Below, one piece after another: positions 1-10,517 of a DNA stretch of 64,000 nucleotides. Under the pieces are notes generated by a model. That model was not told the origin of the DNA and did no database searches. It saw only the letters and a list, made by a program, of their open reading frames with translations. The stretch covers positions 128,001 through 192,000 of the forward strand of contig JBEKDT010000008.1 of NCBI GenBank assembly GCA_050014195.1, in the 5' to 3' direction. The position numbers and the translations under genes were made by a program. The DNA comes from Desulfomonilia bacterium. GTDB lineage: Bacteria; Desulfobacterota; Desulfomonilia; UBA1062. How positions within the stretch are numbered: position 1 is the first letter of the stretch; every line of letters starts with the position of its first letter.

Positions 1-288
1 GGTGTCTTCGAGGGCGGACCTCAAATCTTTCTCGCTCTCCAGGGCTGCGCTCCTGCCTGTCTCCGGACTTCCGCCCGCACCGAGGCCCCTGGTGAGCTTG
101 GTTCCTATCTGTACGCGGTTTGACGACAAGGATGATTTCAACGTCTGGATATCGGTGTTACACGCGAGGAACTCAACGCATTTCAGCTTGGCGTTGATCA
201 TGTTGTTCACTGCATTACAGCCGCAGCCACCGACCCCGATAACCTTTATTTGAGCCCCTGCACACTCTATTTTCTCCAATTCAAACAT
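1..288 (-). CDS. ftsZ: Cell division protein FtsZ, N-terminal part (runs off the window start)
   Basis: Reverse strand from ATG at 288 reads [31 protein letters not shown]...NTD...[11 protein letters not shown], the FtsZ GTPase N-terminus; AGGGGG RBS; follows ftsA. Confidence 0.97.
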   Translation of the reverse strand, partial: MFELEKIECAGAQIKVIGVGGCGCNAVNNMINAKLKCVEFLACNTDIQTLKSSLSSNRVQIGTKLTRGLGAGGSPETGRSAALESEKDLRSALEDT

Positions 289-305
289 AAGCACCCCCCT
301 AGCAG

Positions 306-1532
306 TTAAAAGACTTCCTTAAACCAGCTGATAATTCTTTCAAAAATCCTCTCGAAGACATTGGTGCCTTTCGGTTTGAAGCTGTAAGATGGTTTTCCGG
401 CCTCATACACGCACAGGCCTACGGCAGTTGCATAGGCCGGGCTGTTCACCAGTTCCACAAGTCCCTTTACTCCCCTGGGCAACCCCACCCGAACAGGCAT
501 ATGCATGATGCTCTCGGCCAGCTCGGCCACTCCCTCCAATGAGCTTGCGCCCCCGGTGAGCACAAGTCCTGCCGACATTGTTTCTAGTAACCCGGTGTTC
601 CTGATTTCATTATAGGCGAGTTTGAAAAGTTCTTCCACCCTGGATTCGATGATTTCGGCCAATATTCTTCTAGGCACCATGTTCACCGTGTCGCCGCCGA
701 TGGATGGCACCTCGATCTGTTCATCAGGCGATACCCGCGAGGCGATGGCATGGCCGTATTTGATCTTGAGCCGCTCCGCCTCGGCGATGGGGCAGCGCAA
801 GCCCACGGCAATGTCATTGGTGATGTTGTCACCGCCCAATGCCAGCACTGAGGTATGCCGGATGGCGCCTTCATTGAAGACTGCGATGTCCGTTGTACCG
901 CCGCCGATATCCATGAGGATTACCCCGAGCTGCATTTCATCTACAGTCAGGATGGCGGCGGAGGATGCGATCTGTTGGAGCACGATGTCCTGGAGCCCTA
1001 GCCCTGCCTTCTGCGCGCACTTGGTGATGTTGCTTACCGCAGAGACAGAACCGGTGACAATGTGCACCCTGGCCTCCAAGCGTGATCCCGCCATACCCAC
1101 GGGGTTTATGATGCCGGAGATGTCATCCACGGTGAACTCCTGGGGGAGGACATGGATGATCTCAACACCTACGGGTTTTGCAAAGTCTTTGGCCTGGTCC
1201 ACGACCCTGCGTCTCTCGATTTCCGTGATCTCGTCGCCTTTGATGGCTATGACCGCGCTGGTGCTGATGCCCTGGATATGGCCGCCGGCGATACCGGTAT
1301 ACACCTCATCAACCCTGATCCCCGCCATGCGTTCTGCATCCTCCACACAACCGTGAATAGCCCCTACGGTCTGCTCCATGTTCACGACAAGACCCCGTCT
1401 GAGCCCCTTGGATTCGGAAAGTCCGAACCCGATGACCTCAAGCTCGCCGGCTTCATTCATCTCGGTGATGAGGCAGCAGATCTTTGTTGTCCCGATGTCC
1501 AGCCCGACTATGATCCTATCCCTGGCTGCCAT
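306..1532 (-). CDS. ftsA: Cell division protein FtsA
   Basis: [18 protein letters not shown] and LTGGAS actin-like motifs; between ftsQ and ftsZ; ATG at 1532 (GTG at 1538 is an alternative). Confidence 0.97.
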   Translation of the reverse strand: MAARDRIIVGLDIGTTKICCLITEMNEAGELEVIGFGLSESKGLRRGLVVNMEQTVGAIHGCVEDAERMAGIRVDEVYTGIAGGHIQGISTSAVIAIKGDEITEIERRRVVDQAKDFAKPVGVEIIHVLPQEFTVDDISGIINPVGMAGSRLEARVHIVTGSVSAVSNITKCAQKAGLGLQDIVLQQIASSAAILTVDEMQLGVILMDIGGGTTDIAVFNEGAIRHTSVLALGGDNITNDIAVGLRCPIAEAERLKIKYGHAIASRVSPDEQIEVPSIGGDTVNMVPRRILAEIIESRVEELFKLAYNEIRNTGLLETMSAGLVLTGGASSLEGVAELAESIMHMPVRVGLPRGVKGLVELVNSPAYATAVGLCVYEAGKPSYSFKPKGTNVFERIFERIISWFKEVF

Positions 1533-2304
1533 GTACACCCCTGTTCCTGAGCACTATCTTGTCATCACACCTCAGATCCATAACACTTCCTTCCGGAGGA
1601 TTCAGTTTTGCTATCGTCTTGACGGCCATAGCCACCTTCATCGGTGTCATCTGGCCAAAGGTGGTGAGCGTTATTCCGTTTGTGAGCCTGAGGGCAATAA
1701 TACCACCCGGTTCGATGAGGACGTTGCTCACCTGAAGTCCTTTGGACTGAACCAGCGTTGCAGCGTCAATGGCATAGTTCAGGACCTGGCCAAGGCCCTG
1801 CTTCATATCCTGCTGTGTATAATCCTTTGCGCTGATCACAAGCCCGTTATAGGCATCCGGGGAGGAGATGAACACAAGGCCCTCTTCCGAGATCAGATAC
1901 GGTCTGTCTTTAAGGAGGAGCGTCGCCTTTGGCTTGTGTTCAACGATCTCGACGTCCACCGATGCGGGAACAAAACTCCTTGAGATGCTAACGTCTTTAA
2001 TCCATGGGTGATTTTGCAGTCTCTTCCTTGCCTTGTTCATATTCCAGGACAGTACATTATCTCCTTGTTCTATGTCCAGTAAAGTAAGAACCTCATCCGC
2101 TTTTACATGGAAATTGCCCTTGATGTTGATATGCTTGACATGAAAGACCGCCGAGTTGCTGATATAGGCCGCAGCGCACACAGTGATGAGAAGCCCTGAT
2201 ATGCCGATGCATATCCATATGAAAAACCTCAGGATGGTGTTTATCTGGGAGATGGTCTTTTTTTTGGAAGGGATTTTTACCCGTTCCTTGAAGTCACTGA
2301 CCAA
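1516..2304 (-). CDS. ftsQ: Cell division protein FtsQ/DivIB
   Basis: Basic N-terminus, one TM helix, POTRA-like segment (HPWIKDVSISRSFVP), C-terminal DLR motif; dcw position. Confidence 0.9.
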   Translation of the reverse strand: MVSDFKERVKIPSKKKTISQINTILRFFIWICIGISGLLITVCAAAYISNSAVFHVKHINIKGNFHVKADEVLTLLDIEQGDNVLSWNMNKARKRLQNHPWIKDVSISRSFVPASVDVEIVEHKPKATLLLKDRPYLISEEGLVFISSPDAYNGLVISAKDYTQQDMKQGLGQVLNYAIDAATLVQSKGLQVSNVLIEPGGIIALRLTNGITLTTFGQMTPMKVAMAVKTIAKLNPPEGSVMDLRCDDKIVLRNRGVHGSQG

Positions 2305-3133
2305 TGATCTTCACCTCCTCCGTGAGTGCTATCCCGAATTGCCCCATAATTCTTTCCTTGATAAGCCTGATAAGTTCCTGAATGTCGCGCGATGTTGCAG
2401 TGCCGTCGTTGATGATGAAGTTGGCGTGGATCTCGGACACCCGGGCCCCGCCGACTTTGTGCCCCTTAAAACCTGCCTTCTCGATGAGCATACCGGCAGG
2501 CATCTCTTTCGGGTTTCTAAAGATTGAGCCGCAGCTGAATCCACGGGGCTGGGTGCGTTTCTTGATGATAAAGGGCAGTATGGTCTTTCGTACCTTTTCT
2601 TTCGTCGACCGGCTCAGGACAAGTTTTGCCGAGGTGATGACCGTATTGGCCGGGATGCCGCTTCTGCGATAGCCGTAGTCAAGATCTTTTCTCTTTAATG
2701 TGTGAACACCCGAGCTGTTTACTACCTCAACCTCAAAGGCGGCATCGAGGATACCATGTTCCGGGGTTCCGGCATTCATGAAAAGGGCACCGCCAAGCAT
2801 ACCGGGGATCCCCGCCATGAATTCGATCCCTGACAAAGAGTTTCTCACGCAATAGGAAACAAGCCGCTTCATGGGCACAGCTGCACCTGCGGCAAGTCCT
2901 CCGGGGGTCAAGGCTATTCCGGCGAACTCTCTGCCCAGGCGGATGACGGGTTTTACGATTCTCATATCCTCAAATATGGTATTGGTCCCTCCGCCCAGGA
3001 TGTGGAAGTCTTTAACCCCTTTGACAAGCTCTGCAAGTTCTTGGGTGTTCTCGGGTTCATAGATGCGCTCGATGGTTCCCCCGCAGTGCATGGAGGTAAC
3101 ATCGTGTGCTTGAACTTTCTCGATCATCCTCAT
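2294..3133 (-). CDS. murB: UDP-N-acetylmuramate dehydrogenase MurB
   Basis: GGGTN, GIPGMLGGALFMNAG, SCGSIFRNP and HANFIIN motifs. Confidence 0.95.
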   Translation of the reverse strand: MRMIEKVQAHDVTSMHCGGTIERIYEPENTQELAELVKGVKDFHILGGGTNTIFEDMRIVKPVIRLGREFAGIALTPGGLAAGAAVPMKRLVSYCVRNSLSGIEFMAGIPGMLGGALFMNAGTPEHGILDAAFEVEVVNSSGVHTLKRKDLDYGYRRSGIPANTVITSAKLVLSRSTKEKVRKTILPFIIKKRTQPRGFSCGSIFRNPKEMPAGMLIEKAGFKGHKVGGARVSEIHANFIINDGTATSRDIQELIRLIKERIMGQFGIALTEEVKIIGQ

Positions 3134-4500
3134 CCAAGCCTCTCCAACACCTTAAGCCCCTGCCTCCAGACATCTCCTGCACCAAGGAAAATGACGAGAT
3201 CTCCCTCCTTGAGGTCCCCCAAAAGTGCCTCGGGTATGTCTTCCTTATTCTCTACATAGTAAGCTTCCCGATATCCGTGATTCTTGATCTCTTCAAACAG
3301 GGCATAACCGGTTACACCCTCGATGGGCCTTTCGGAGGCTGCATAGATCTCGGTGATGTAGAGCCTGGATGCATCATAAAAGGAGTTGACGAACGCATCG
3401 AAGAGATCCCTGGTCCTGGTGTAGCGGTGCGGCTGGAAAACGGCGACCACCCGCCGGGCCGGGAAGCCGGTTTTGATGGCGGCAAGGGTCATCCTTATCT
3501 CGGTGGGGTGGTGGCCGTAGTCGTCCATGACGGTGATGCCCTTCTTCTCGCCGCGGATATGGCACCTTCTCTGGACGCCTTTAAAGGCGGAGAGGCCTTT
3601 ACGGATAAGTTCGAAATCGATGCCGAGCTCTAGGGCGGTGCCGATGGCGGCCAGTGCATTGAGGCAGTTGTGCTTGCCCGGTACGCCAAGGGTCACTTCA
3701 CCCAGGGTGGATCCATTGCGATGGGCTATGAACTTGGTGTCAAGCCCGGTGAAACAAGGCTCGGTATAGCGGTAGACTGCCTGGGTGTGAGATCCGTAGG
3801 TAATGATCTTGCGCTCGAGCCGCGGCAGGATATGCTGGATATTGGCATCGTCCAGGCAGACCATGTCGAAACCGAAGAACGGCACCTTGTTGAGAAACTG
3901 CACATAGGTGTCGCGGATATCGTCTATATCGCGGTAGCAGTCCATGTGCTCCTCTTCTATATTCGTGACCACCGCCACAATGGGTGCCAGCTTGAGGAAT
4001 GAGCGATCGCTCTCATCGGCCTCGGCCACCAGCAACTCGCCGTCGCCGAGCCTGGCGTTGGACCCGAACATGTCGAGCCTGCCGCCGATGATGGCCGTAG
4101 GGTCTTTTTCAGCCACGGCCAGGATGGTAGCCAGCATGGAGGTGGTGGTGGTTTTGCCGTGGGTGCCGGCGATGGCGATTGAAAACTTCATGCGCATGAG
4201 CTCTGCCAGCATCTCGGCCCTGGGGATAACGGGCAAGGCCCTGTCCTTTGCAGCAACACACTCGGTGTTGTCAAGCCCGACGGCGGAGGAGTAGACCACA
4301 ACCTGGGCATTCCCGATGTTTTCTCCTTTGTGGCCGATGTGGATGGCAGCGCCCATGGAGCGGAGCCTTTGCACGGCATCCGAGTCGGCCACGTCCGATC
4401 CGGTGATGGTAAAGCCCAAGTTGAGCAGGAGCTCGGCGATGCCGCTCATGCCGATGCCTCCGATGCCCACGAAATGGATCCTGGTAATACCCCTAAACAC
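3130..4500 (-). CDS. murC: UDP-N-acetylmuramate--L-alanine ligase MurC
   Basis: IHFVGIGGIGMSG, GTHGKTTT, EADESD, DDYGHHPTE, FQPHRYTRT. Confidence 0.98.
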   Translation of the reverse strand: MFRGITRIHFVGIGGIGMSGIAELLLNLGFTITGSDVADSDAVQRLRSMGAAIHIGHKGENIGNAQVVVYSSAVGLDNTECVAAKDRALPVIPRAEMLAELMRMKFSIAIAGTHGKTTTTSMLATILAVAEKDPTAIIGGRLDMFGSNARLGDGELLVAEADESDRSFLKLAPIVAVVTNIEEEHMDCYRDIDDIRDTYVQFLNKVPFFGFDMVCLDDANIQHILPRLERKIITYGSHTQAVYRYTEPCFTGLDTKFIAHRNGSTLGEVTLGVPGKHNCLNALAAIGTALELGIDFELIRKGLSAFKGVQRRCHIRGEKKGITVMDDYGHHPTEIRMTLAAIKTGFPARRVVAVFQPHRYTRTRDLFDAFVNSFYDASRLYITEIYAASERPIEGVTGYALFEEIKNHGYREAYYVENKEDIPEALLGDLKEGDLVIFLGAGDVWRQGLKVLERLG

Positions 4501-5554
4501 CTAGTATCTCCCCGGCTATTCTATCAGCCCCTGCACCAAGACCGATACGCTGCATCCTGGCGGAAGCCGTTAAAAGTCCTTCATGATTGAAGAGCCTGGT
4601 TTTGATCTCAATAGCCAGCCGTTCCGGGGTCAGATGACTGTCCGGGATAAGCCAGCCGCCGCCCTGATCCGCCACATACTTGGCATTGAAGCTCTGGTGG
4701 TCATCCGTGGCATGGGGGAAGGGGACCATGATGGATGGCAGCCCTGTGGCCGAAAGCTCGGAGAGCGTGATGCCGCCGCATCTGGATACGGCAAGCTTCG
4801 CAGCACTGTAAGCGGATGCCATGTCGTCGATGAATGCATTCACGTCGGCATCTATCCCCATAGTAAGATATGCATCCTTTACCCATTGATAATCCTGTTT
4901 TCCGCTCTGGTGGATCACTTTGATTGTGATCCCGTCGCTTTTCAGAAGCGCTAAGGCCTTGGCTGCGGCCTTGTTGATGCTGCTTGCCCCGAGGCTTCCG
5001 CCGAGGATGAGCAGAGAGGATCCGTTCCCGTTTCTACTGTGGCAGGCTGAGAACTCACTGCGCAGGGGATTCCCGGTGAGCATTGTCTTGGATTTGGGGA
5101 ACTTGCCGCTCCTGTCCGGGAAAGCCAGAAATACCCGGTGGGCTATTCTGGCGAGGAGCCGGTTGGTGAGCCCGGGGATGCTGTTCTGCTCCTGGATTGC
5201 GCAACGGCAACCCAAGAATCTGCCTGAGAGTACCACCATGCCTGTGATATACCCCCCGGTTCCGATGACCCAATGGGGCCTGAATGCTTTGATGATCCTC
5301 ATTGATGTGAAAAATGCCTTTCCATTAACCATTACGGCCCGGAGGAGGTTGACCAGCGACTTGCCCTTGATGCCGAGCGCTTTGATGGGAATGAAATCCA
5401 GCCCCTTGAGCCTGGCGATGCGTTCCTCCATGCCGCGGTCCGTACCCACAAAGAGGATCTTCGCCCCGGGCAGCCTGTCCCTGAGAGCATCAGCAATGGC
5501 TATGGCAGGCATGATGTGCCCGCCTGTGCCCCCGGCTGTTATGAGCACCTTCAT
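4493..5554 (-). CDS. murG: Lipid II N-acetylglucosaminyltransferase MurG
   Basis: Start MKVLITAGGTGGHI at 5554 (ATGA overlap with ftsW stop); GTGGY, EQNSIPG, GNPLR, GGSLGA, PFPHATDDHQ. Confidence 0.97.
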   Translation of the reverse strand: MKVLITAGGTGGHIMPAIAIADALRDRLPGAKILFVGTDRGMEERIARLKGLDFIPIKALGIKGKSLVNLLRAVMVNGKAFFTSMRIIKAFRPHWVIGTGGYITGMVVLSGRFLGCRCAIQEQNSIPGLTNRLLARIAHRVFLAFPDRSGKFPKSKTMLTGNPLRSEFSACHSRNGNGSSLLILGGSLGASSINKAAAKALALLKSDGITIKVIHQSGKQDYQWVKDAYLTMGIDADVNAFIDDMASAYSAAKLAVSRCGGITLSELSATGLPSIMVPFPHATDDHQSFNAKYVADQGGGWLIPDSHLTPERLAIEIKTRLFNHEGLLTASARMQRIGLGAGADRIAGEILGV

Positions 5555-6678
5555 AGGCGGGCCCTCCTGGAAACCGACAGGATCAGCCCGCAGATGCACA
5601 TGGTGCTTAGCAGCGGCGAACCGCCATAACTGAAGAAGGGCAGAGGTATGCCTTTGGTGGGAAGTAATGATAACGCAACGCCCATGTTGAGGATAGCCTG
5701 GAGCCCGATGAGGCAGACCCCGGCGATCACCAGGTGATATCCGAAGGAGTCGTTCGTGGCCAGGGCGATTGCAAAACCCCTCCATATCCAGACACCGAAG
5801 AGCCCTGCCACGAGGATGACCCCGATAAAGCCAAGTTCCTCCCCTACCACGGAGAGGATAAAGTCCGTATGCGGTGCAGGCAGATAGAACAGCTTCTGGG
5901 TGCCTTCGCCGAGCCCTGATCCGAAGAAGCCGCCGGAGGCGAAGGCAACCAGGGACTGGATGATTTGATAGCCGACACCCATCATGTCCTTCCAGGGGTC
6001 GAGGAATGTTGTTAATCTGATCCTCCGGTAGGGCTCCCAGAGTAACGCCCCGAGACCCAGCGGGATACCTGCACCCATGAGAATCGATAGATGCTTCCAC
6101 CTCATCCCCGCCATGAAGAGCATCATCACCGACCAGATGCCGATGGCTGCTGCCGTTCCGAAGTCCGGCTCGATGAAGATAAGCAGGCACATGATGGCCA
6201 CGATAACGAGCACCGGCATCGGGCCGTGGAGAAAGTCCCCGATATTGCGAGATTTCCGTGAAAGGAAATTGGCAACAAATAGGATGAGCGCTATCTTTGC
6301 AAGCTCGGATGCCTGAATGGTCAGGGGGCCGTATCCTATCCATCTTCTGGAGTGGCCTCCTGCATGCCCGATGTGCGGCACAAAGCAGAGCACCAGGGCA
6401 AAAGCGCTTCCCATAAGGGCAAACAGGATGATGTTCCCGGAACTGAGTTTCCGGTAATCCCAGCTCATTATGCCAAGCATGGCAACAGTACCGATAACGA
6501 CGTGTATGAGGTGCTTTTTGGTCATGACGATGCCGTTGCCGTAGAGCTCTTTTGAGACAAAATAGCTCGATGAGAATATCATCACGGTCCCCAAAACCAG
6601 CAGGGCCATGGTGGCGAGAAAGAAGACGACGTCGAAGTCTATCTCGCTCTCTTGATCTTCAAAATGCCATGGACGCAT
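5551..6678 (-). CDS. ftsW: SEDS peptidoglycan polymerase FtsW
   Basis: Multi-TM; RWI, QASELAK, EPDFGT, LPAPHTDFI, PTKGIPLPFFSYGGS; start codon uncertain. Confidence 0.96.
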   Translation of the reverse strand: MRPWHFEDQESEIDFDVVFFLATMALLVLGTVMIFSSSYFVSKELYGNGIVMTKKHLIHVVIGTVAMLGIMSWDYRKLSSGNIILFALMGSAFALVLCFVPHIGHAGGHSRRWIGYGPLTIQASELAKIALILFVANFLSRKSRNIGDFLHGPMPVLVIVAIMCLLIFIEPDFGTAAAIGIWSVMMLFMAGMRWKHLSILMGAGIPLGLGALLWEPYRRIRLTTFLDPWKDMMGVGYQIIQSLVAFASGGFFGSGLGEGTQKLFYLPAPHTDFILSVVGEELGFIGVILVAGLFGVWIWRGFAIALATNDSFGYHLVIAGVCLIGLQAILNMGVALSLLPTKGIPLPFFSYGGSPLLSTMCICGLILSVSRRARL

Positions 6679-7934
6679 TCTTGAAAAACCTCTCCCCTGT
6701 GGGCATAACTGTTATACATGTCAAAACTTGCGCACCCCGGGCTGAGCAATACCACATCGCCCGGAGAGGCAATACTATACGCCTGTGTTACCGCCTCATT
6801 CATGTCATAGGCCGCTTGGGTATCTACAATTTCAGCTATCTCGCCGGTGATCCTATTCGTAGCCTCACCGATGATATATGCCTTCTTGATGGTATCTTTG
6901 TATCGTGAGGCGATATCAGAGAAGTCGCCGCCCTTGTCCTTGCCCCCCAGGATGAGGATAACCTTTGAGGTCAGTGTGGACAGGGCCTTGTCCAGGGCCC
7001 CCACGTTGGTAGCCTTGGAGTCGTCGATGAAGGAAATGCCTTCTATGGTGCCCACGTGCTCGAAGCGATGATGGATTACCTTGAAGTTCATGAACACATC
7101 TTCCATAACTTCGGCCTTGACACCCAAAAACCGGCCGGTCAGAGCTGTTGCAAGCATGTCCTCGATGACTCCCCCGCCGATCTTCTCAGGTGGGGGGACC
7201 TTGGGGCCGACCCCTTTGATGCTGCCCGTAAAGACGATGTGAGAGTCCTTGATATAAGCGCCGTCTCCTGAAGTTGGATGGGTCAGGGAGAAGAGCACCC
7301 TGCGGGCCTTGAGCGGTATATCCCTGAGATAGGGGTCATCATCGTTTATGATGGCGATGTCGCCCCCGGATTGGTTCTCAAAGATCTTGAGCTTGTAATA
7401 TACATACTCATCCATGGTGCGGTATCGATCCAGGTGATCCGGGGTGATGTTCATGCAAATGCCGATATACGGCTTGAAGTGCTCGATCCACTCGAGCTGG
7501 AACGAGCTGATCTCTGCAACCACAAAGGCAGGGTCGGCATCCGCCAGGGAGATGAGCGGGGGCGAGATGTTTCCCCCGATACCGGCATCGAAGCCCTGAG
7601 CCTTCAAGATCTTATGGATCAGTGTGGTGGTGGTGGTCTTTCCGTTGGTGCCGGTAATGGCGATCAGTTTACCCGAAAGCAGTGATGCGCCCACCTCGAT
7701 TTCGGAGAGCACCTTCTTTGCCTTGGCAAGCATAGGATGATGCCGGGGTACGCCGGGGCTCGGTATGACAAGATCAGCCCACGTCATATCCGCTGCCTCC
7801 AGGAGCTTGACAGGCATCCCCTGTATATTTTCAGGCATCTTCTCGTCCACGAGGCGCACCTCGTGGCCTTTGGCCAGCATCATACGCGCCGTCATGATGC
7901 CCGTAATCCCTGTTCCCCAGACAACTATGCGCAA
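6639..7934 (-). CDS. murD: UDP-N-acetylmuramoyl-L-alanine--D-glutamate ligase MurD
   Basis: ITGTNGKTTT, EISSFQL, DHLDRY, DDSKATN, LLSPGCASFD; TTG start after GGAGG. Confidence 0.97.
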   Translation of the reverse strand: MRIVVWGTGITGIMTARMMLAKGHEVRLVDEKMPENIQGMPVKLLEAADMTWADLVIPSPGVPRHHPMLAKAKKVLSEIEVGASLLSGKLIAITGTNGKTTTTTLIHKILKAQGFDAGIGGNISPPLISLADADPAFVVAEISSFQLEWIEHFKPYIGICMNITPDHLDRYRTMDEYVYYKLKIFENQSGGDIAIINDDDPYLRDIPLKARRVLFSLTHPTSGDGAYIKDSHIVFTGSIKGVGPKVPPPEKIGGGVIEDMLATALTGRFLGVKAEVMEDVFMNFKVIHHRFEHVGTIEGISFIDDSKATNVGALDKALSTLTSKVILILGGKDKGGDFSDIASRYKDTIKKAYIIGEATNRITGEIAEIVDTQAAYDMNEAVTQAYSIASPGDVVLLSPGCASFDMYNSYAHRGEVFQECVHGILKIKRAR

Positions 7935-8059
7935 GCCTTCAATCCCTCCAGTGTCTCTTGTATCTGCATGATGAGTGTCGCCAGCACCTTGTCTTCCTGC
8001 TCCAGGTAAACCGCCAGGAGCATCTGCAGGTAATTAATCTCCTCATAAGCAGTCTGCAT
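7925..8059 (-). CDS. Small 44-aa hypothetical protein between mraY and murD
   Basis: ATG at 8059 preceded by GAGGTGAGG just after the mraY stop; MQTAYEEINYLQMLLAVYLEQEDKVLATLIMQIQETLEGLKACA; stop overlaps the murD start; fills the gap exactly. Confidence 0.65.
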   Translation of the reverse strand: MQTAYEEINYLQMLLAVYLEQEDKVLATLIMQIQETLEGLKACA

Positions 8060-8064
8060 AGGCC

Positions 8065-9144
8065 TCACCTCAGCTTTAAAGTTGAAATAGCCACCATTGC
8101 AAGGAATATGGATATGATCCAGAACCGGACAATGATCTTGGGTTCCGGCCATCCTTTCAGTTCAAAGTGATGATGGATTGGAGCCATACGGAATATTCTT
8201 TTGCCGTTGGTGAACTTGAAAAAGCTCACTTGGAGTATGACGGAACCCACCTCCATAATGAAGATGCCCCCCACGATGAGCAGAAGCATCTCCTGTTTGG
8301 TCATGACCGCTACAGCCCCAAGGATACCGCCCAGACTCAGTGAACCGACATCACCCATGAACATCTGGGCCGGGTATGTATTGTACCACAGGAAGCCCAT
8401 GCCTGCGCCCACGAGGGCTCCAAGGAAGACACTGAGCTCGCCTACTCCCGGAATGAACGGGATTTGGAGGTAGGCGGCCGCCTTGAAGTTGCCTATGACA
8501 TAGGCGAATGCGATGTAGGTAGCTGCCGCAATGGTACATGGCCCGATTGCCAAGCCGTCGAGCCCGTCCGTGATGTTGACGGCATTGGCCATTCCCACGA
8601 TCACCACCATGACAAAGGGTATGTAGAACGGCCCGAGGTCTATATGGAGCCGCTTGAAGAACGGGAACGTAATGGTCGCATCAAAACCCGGCGTAGTCAT
8701 GAGGGCAAGACCAACCCCGGCAGCTACTACGAACTCAACGAGCAGCCTCAGACGACCGGGAAGCCCCTGCATGTTGCCTTTGACCGTCTTGATGTAATCA
8801 TCGATAAATCCCAACACCGCATAGGTGATGAGAATGATGAGTCCTAGCCACACGTAGATGTTAAACAGGTCGACCCACATGAGTGTGGAAAACACGATGG
8901 CGCACACGATCAACACTCCGCCCATGGTTGGTGTACCGGATTTTGTCTTATGGGTGTCAGGAGTGTGGCCGTTTATACGTTCCTTGAGACTTAAGTTGCC
9001 CATCTTCTCGATAAACCACGGCCCGAGCAGCAGGGTTATGAGCAGCGCCGTGATGGTGGCATAAATGGTGCGAAAGGTGATGTACTTAAAGACATTGAAG
9101 ACACTAAAGGTTACGTGCAGAGGATAGAGAAGGAGATAGAGCAT
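8065..9144 (-). CDS. mraY: Phospho-N-acetylmuramoyl-pentapeptide transferase MraY
   Basis: [44 protein letters not shown]. Confidence 0.98.
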   Translation of the reverse strand: MLYLLLYPLHVTFSVFNVFKYITFRTIYATITALLITLLLGPWFIEKMGNLSLKERINGHTPDTHKTKSGTPTMGGVLIVCAIVFSTLMWVDLFNIYVWLGLIILITYAVLGFIDDYIKTVKGNMQGLPGRLRLLVEFVVAAGVGLALMTTPGFDATITFPFFKRLHIDLGPFYIPFVMVVIVGMANAVNITDGLDGLAIGPCTIAAATYIAFAYVIGNFKAAAYLQIPFIPGVGELSVFLGALVGAGMGFLWYNTYPAQMFMGDVGSLSLGGILGAVAVMTKQEMLLLIVGGIFIMEVGSVILQVSFFKFTNGKRIFRMAPIHHHFELKGWPEPKIIVRFWIISIFLAMVAISTLKLR

Positions 9145-9146
9145 CC

Positions 9147-10517
9147 TTAAGCCACCGCCTTGAGCTGGTTCACCACCTGGTCGAGCTTGAGGGCCCGGGA
9201 TGCCTTAACCAGCACCATGGCATCCTTGTCGAAGAGGTCCTGGAGGTTGTACATGATCTCCTCTTGGCTCTTAACCGGGTGGATGACAGAGCTGTTCATC
9301 CCCTCTATTGAGGCCCGGCCACAGACTACTTTTGCCATCTCACCAATGCAGATGAGCCTGTCCAGACGCGCCTGGGCCACCCATTTGCCCAATTCTTCGT
9401 GCCAGAAATGCGAGTCCTTACCGAGCTCCAGCATGTCTCCAAGCACCGCAATCTTGATGGAATGGGGGGCATCCACCAGCATGGACAGCGCCGCCTTCAT
9501 GGATGCCGGATTGGCGTTGTAGCAGTCGTTGATGATGGTGAGGTGGTCGGACACGATGATTTCGGATCGCATGCCCGGGAACTTCGCCCTTCTGACCCCT
9601 TCGGCTATGAGCTCCGGGTCGATATTAAGGGCCACTGCGCAGGCGCATGCACCAAGGGCGTTCACCACATTATGCATACCGGGCAGCGGTACATGGGTGT
9701 TGATGAGCTTCCCCGCCAAGTCGATTTCTATATCGCTGCCGTCGAGGTCCTGGTGCTCGATATGCGTTAAGGTAATGTCCGCCTGGTCTTTATGGGAGTA
9801 GGTGATTACCTGCAAATGGCTTGGGATCTCGATCTTGTCCATATGCTCCAGGGATGGGTTTATCACGGCAATGCCGCATTTGGCTGTGTTCTTAAAGATG
9901 GCCTGCTTTTCCTTAATGATGCCCGAGATGCTCCTCAGCCCGTTTAAGTGCACGGGATTGATGTTGGTGATGATGGAGACCTGGGGCCTGGTGATGAAGG
10001 AGAGTCTGTCGATCTCGCCGAAGCGGTTGGTGCCCATCTCGATGACAGCAAATTCGTACTCGGGGCCAAGTTCGAGCAGCGAGAGGGGGACACCGATGAG
10101 GTTGTTGTAGTTCTTCTCGGTCTTCAGACATGTGCCCTGCATCAGTAATATGGAAGCACAAAGCTCTTTGACCGTGGTCTTGCCTGTGGAGCCGGTAATG
10201 CCGACAATGGCCGTGTCGAACTGATTTCTCACCCCCGCTGCGATATCGCCCAGGGCCTGCAGGGTATCCTCCACGGATATGATGACAGTACCGTTGCGTG
10301 GGATGTCCTCCATGACCACTACCCCTGTCGCCCCCTGCGATACGGCATCTTTAATGAAGGAGTGACCATTGAAATGCTCTCCATTGAGTGCAACAAAAAG
10401 CTGACCCTCCTTAACGCCCCTGGAGTCGGTGGATACCCCGCTGAAGATCGTCTCCGATTCTCCTGAAATGATGTATCCATCCGTATAATTGGCTACATCC
10501 CGTGCACTGATCTTCAT
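9147..10517 (-). CDS. murF: UDP-MurNAc-tripeptide--D-Ala-D-Ala ligase MurF
   Basis: [49 protein letters not shown]; start taken at MKISARD (overlaps murE stop). Confidence 0.96.
   Translation of the reverse strand: MKISARDVANYTDGYIISGESETIFSGVSTDSRGVKEGQLFVALNGEHFNGHSFIKDAVSQGATGVVVMEDIPRNGTVIISVEDTLQALGDIAAGVRNQFDTAIVGITGSTGKTTVKELCASILLMQGTCLKTEKNYNNLIGVPLSLLELGPEYEFAVIEMGTNRFGEIDRLSFITRPQVSIITNINPVHLNGLRSISGIIKEKQAIFKNTAKCGIAVINPSLEHMDKIEIPSHLQVITYSHKDQADITLTHIEHQDLDGSDIEIDLAGKLINTHVPLPGMHNVVNALGACACAVALNIDPELIAEGVRRAKFPGMRSEIIVSDHLTIINDCYNANPASMKAALSMLVDAPHSIKIAVLGDMLELGKDSHFWHEELGKWVAQARLDRLICIGEMAKVVCGRASIEGMNSSVIHPVKSQEEIMYNLQDLFDKDAMVLVKASRALKLDQVVNQLKAVA

Noticed and set aside
622-1356. 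244-aa plus-strand ORF and many similar antisense ORFs across dcw, glgP, pyk and cstA
   Set aside because: Shadow frames of well-supported genes in GC-rich DNA; no recognisable motifs
5555-6343. N-terminal extension of the 616-aa ORF containing MurG
   Set aside because: Overlaps ftsW in another frame and reads as non-protein-like; MurG starts at 5554. The same applies to the extensions on murF (10553), murE (12025), rsmH (15088), tolR (17140) and pal (19690)
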